Virus record (IMG/VR): IMGVR_UViG_3300018080_000024
Coordinates: 1 to 55,666 of that record
DNA: 55,666 nt
Reading direction: 5' to 3' (one strand)
Source of the DNA: a virus
Taxonomy: Duplodnaviria; Caudoviricetes
Shown in pieces: positions 53,206 to 55,666 of this stretch (position 1 is the stretch's first letter; each line of letters begins with the position of its first letter). Both the position numbers and the translations under genes were made by a program. The notes beneath the pieces were generated by a model that was not told the origin of the DNA, did no database searches, and saw only the letters and a list, made by a program, of their open reading frames with translations.

Positions 53206-53465
53206 TGGGTTGAGGCGGTTCACGGCGGCGCAGTAGCGGCGCAACGACTCCCCGGCCTGTCGTGTTTGGCGAGGTCGGGACGGTGCTGGCGAGATACCAA
53301 GGTGCCCGAGGCGGCAAATTTCGCGGCTCGGTGACCTGTCAGTGGTATCCGGTGCGCCCAGGAGGTCTTGTGGTGCTAGACGCCCGAGACGTGCCTGTGA
53401 TCATGGCCGCCAAGGACGAGGATGGGCGACCATACTTTGAGGCGGGAGGAGTGCCGCGTGGCTAG
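53205..53465 (+). CDS. Small neck-region protein; best start has in-frame TGA at codon 3 (alternative start 53262)
   Basis: GTG 53205 overlaps the previous TAG with SD AGGGAG; reads MG*GGSRRR..., then open through VLDARDV. Confidence 0.45.
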
Positions 53466-53988
53466 GCCGCTTTGTAAGGCGATCAAACCGCCCAAGCTCA
53501 ACATGGACGCGGTGCGCCTGGAATTGCTGAACGAGCTGCGCAAGGAGGCCCGGCGGATCGTTCGCGAGGACCTCAACGCCACGGTCCGCACGTGGGACAC
53601 CGAGGTGGAGTTTTCATTCAGCATCAGCCTACGCCAGCCGGGGCCGCAGGTGGATTTTTTCACCGACAATCAGGTTTGGAACTGGGTCAACGAAGGGACC
53701 CGCCCGCACGACATCTGGGCGGGCTACTACACCGGGAAATCGAACAAGCGCACGCTGGCCTTTCCGTCCGCGTTCAGCCCCAAGACGCGACCGGGAAAGC
53801 TCGCGTCAGGTACGGGGCGCAGCGGCGGCCCCACAGTCTACACGCCGCACGTCCGGCACCCAGGCACTAAGGCGCGGAACTTTATCAAAGCCATCGTCAA
53901 GAAGCGGCAGAAACTGTTCAAACGTGCGATGGAAAAGGCTATGGTTCGTGGGGCGAAGAAGAGCGGTCACTATGCGGGCCGCAGCTAG
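53458..53988 (+). CDS. HK97 gp10-like neck/tail-completion protein
   Basis: WVNEGTRPHDI...LAF...VRHPGTKARNF; basic protein. Confidence 0.7.
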   Translation: MARPLCKAIKPPKLNMDAVRLELLNELRKEARRIVREDLNATVRTWDTEVEFSFSISLRQPGPQVDFFTDNQVWNWVNEGTRPHDIWAGYYTGKSNKRTLAFPSAFSPKTRPGKLASGTGRSGGPTVYTPHVRHPGTKARNFIKAIVKKRQKLFKRAMEKAMVRGAKKSGHYAGRS

Positions 53989-53995
53989 GAGGGAT

Positions 53996-54448
53996 ATGAG
54001 TGACGAGCTAGAGAGGATCGAGGACGGGGAGCAGCCTGAGCCAGAGCCACCCGAGCCCGTCACGCCGCCTCTCCAGATGATCTCGGTGCGCGTGATAGAC
54101 CGGGCCGGTACCAGCGCCCAAGGCGCAGCGTTGGTCGAGTACGGGTCCTGGGCGAAAGGGACCGTCGAGCGCTGCTACGTCCCGCGTGATGCGCTAGAGC
54201 GCGACGGTGAGGCGGTCGCGGTACGTGAGGACATTCTGGATGCGGGACCGCCCTATGGCATCCCATGGCATCGCTTCGCCAAGATCAAGGTCAGTGCTGA
54301 TGATGTTGAGCTCGAGCTACGGAAGCGCGGTGTGTGGAGGCTGGAGGACGCCACTGACGGCAATAAGGTCATGGCCGCCGTCCTAGCCGCTATCAAGCCT
54401 GCCGTCCACGAGATGATGAGGGCGGCGCAAGAGTGGATGGAGGAATGA
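53996..54448 (+). CDS. Hypothetical tail-region protein
   Basis: 150 aa, SD GGAGG; PYGIPW motif. Confidence 0.6.
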   Translation: MSDELERIEDGEQPEPEPPEPVTPPLQMISVRVIDRAGTSAQGAALVEYGSWAKGTVERCYVPRDALERDGEAVAVREDILDAGPPYGIPWHRFAKIKVSADDVELELRKRGVWRLEDATDGNKVMAAVLAAIKPAVHEMMRAAQEWMEE

Positions 54449-54449
54449 G

Positions 54450-55666
54450 ATGACGGACCGACGACAGAATCAAACCGTCAAGGACGAATGGACCACGGTA
54501 TGGATTCAGCCCGATGGCCCCAACACCACCGTGTACCGGCTAGGCTGTGCGAACATCGACAGCGTGACCGATCCGCGAGGCTCGGTGGAGCGGACCAACT
54601 GCTACAACCCGGTCACCGGCAAGTACGAGGTGACCTCACGGCGCATCCAAGCGCCGGACGCCCCGACGCTGAGCGTCGAGGAGTTGACGCCAAAGATCCA
54701 GTCGTACATGGAGCGCGTCGTGGAGCGCGGGTGTCCGGCGGGGTTGTATGTGAACTTCACAAACTGCCCGCCCCGCGACACGTTCAACCACTATGACCGA
54801 TCCGAGGTGTACGAGGACTCCATCGCGACGCAGATCACGCTCAATCAGATCAGCAACCGCGAGTCAGGCCAGGACGTGATGGACAGTGTGGACTGGGACC
54901 TGTTCAAGCGACTGGCGATCTTTGAGCTCGGCAAGTATCGTCGCACCACCTCTAACGCGGACCCGCTTCGAGACATTGCCGGGTGCGGTGACGACGTTTG
55001 CGGGGACGGCTGCGGAGCGGCAGAGGAGCACTGTGACAACCTCTGGGCAGTCGGCAACGCCGATGGCGTCGGTGGTAACGCGCCGGTACTCTACTCTACC
55101 GACGGCGGCATCACCTGGGCGCAGACAGCGGCAGATCCGTTTGCAGCCGACGAGGACATCAACTCCGTCGTGTGCTTCCCCATCTCCGAGGGCACCTGGC
55201 GCGTCGTGGTCATGCGCGGCACCACGGATGCCGCGAACCCTGGCGAAGTGGCCTACAGTGACGATGGTGGCGCGACCTGGACCACGGCCAACCTCGGCGC
55301 GGTCAACGCCAACTTTGGCCTCCACAGTGGTGGCCTTTGTAACGTCGGCAAAGAGGTTTGGGCCGTTGACGATCAGGGCGACATCTACTACAGCAGCGAC
55401 GGGGCCGAGACATTCGCCGATCAGGTGAGCGGCAATGCAGTCGCGCTCCGTTACATCCGCATGATCGACCGCAAGGTTGGCGTCGCGGTGGGCGGGGCCA
55501 CTGGCGCGAGTCAGGTGTGCCTCTACACCGTCGACGGCGGCCTCCACTGGACGTCAAGCGGATTCACCAGCGGCCCCGGCGCGACGGTCATGGCGAACTG
55601 CGTGGCGGTGCTAGACGAGTCGCACTGGTTCGTCGGCTTTGAGAACGGGGATGTGTACTACACCCG
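54450..55666 (+). CDS. Probable major tail (tube) protein with Asp-box/BNR beta-propeller; continues at 124..448 (about 513 aa total)
   Basis: Open from ATG 54450 to the window end (absent from the ORF track because there is no stop); YSTDGGITW, YSDDGGATW, YSSDGAETF and YTVDGGLHW Asp-boxes. Confidence 0.75.
   Translation, partial: MTDRRQNQTVKDEWTTVWIQPDGPNTTVYRLGCANIDSVTDPRGSVERTNCYNPVTGKYEVTSRRIQAPDAPTLSVEELTPKIQSYMERVVERGCPAGLYVNFTNCPPRDTFNHYDRSEVYEDSIATQITLNQISNRESGQDVMDSVDWDLFKRLAIFELGKYRRTTSNADPLRDIAGCGDDVCGDGCGAAEEHCDNLWAVGNADGVGGNAPVLYSTDGGITWAQTAADPFAADEDINSVVCFPISEGTWRVVVMRGTTDAANPGEVAYSDDGGATWTTANLGAVNANFGLHSGGLCNVGKEVWAVDDQGDIYYSSDGAETFADQVSGNAVALRYIRMIDRKVGVAVGGATGASQVCLYTVDGGLHWTSSGFTSGPGATVMANCVAVLDESHWFVGFENGDVYYT
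55544..55666. repeat. Terminal direct repeat (circular assembly overlap), right copy
   Basis: Identical to 1-123. Confidence 0.97.

Noticed and set aside
1-55666. Genome-wide stop-codon reassignment (TGA or TAG)
   Set aside because: Both codons end many genes exactly at coupled starts or next to RBSs, and long genes are intact in the standard code; only two isolated in-frame TGAs were seen.

Overview
The window is most likely a complete, circularly assembled tailed dsDNA phage genome of about 55.5 kb. Bases 1-123 are identical to 55544-55666, and one ORF reads in frame across the join. It is GC-rich, and every credible gene lies on the + strand. Gene order: tail chaperones, tape measure, tail tip and holin-like genes (0.5-12.3 kb); an accessory/early region of short genes with ArdC, a stand-alone MutS domain I, a double-HTH protein, an LmbU-like protein and a GH+amidase endolysin (12.3-20.8 kb); replication and recombination genes (21-32 kb); packaging with two DNA methyltransferases (33-41 kb); head, decoration, neck and probable tail-tube genes (42-55.6 kb). 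No integrase, DNA polymerase, reverse transcriptase, tRNA or CRISPR array was seen. No tail sheath was seen, so it is probably a siphovirus. A Chloroflexota (Anaerolineae-like) host is a tentative inference. The most striking structure is non-coding. The accessory genes are separated by repeated interchangeable modules: four near-identical promoter cassettes with helically phased TTTACG boxes, four intact type II hammerhead ribozymes with fully compensated stem III, shared RBS blocks and hairpins whose loops are inverted between copies. Two hammerheads bracket a single gene, so it could be released as a 412-nt RNA able to circularize. Other points of interest are two pseudoknot-capable leaders, a C5-methyltransferase with a duplicated TRD/motif IX-X module, a ChaB/ART-like fusion with a possible immunity gene, and two in-frame TGA codons. 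All protein calls rest on motif recognition and synteny by eye; no searches or folding programs were run.
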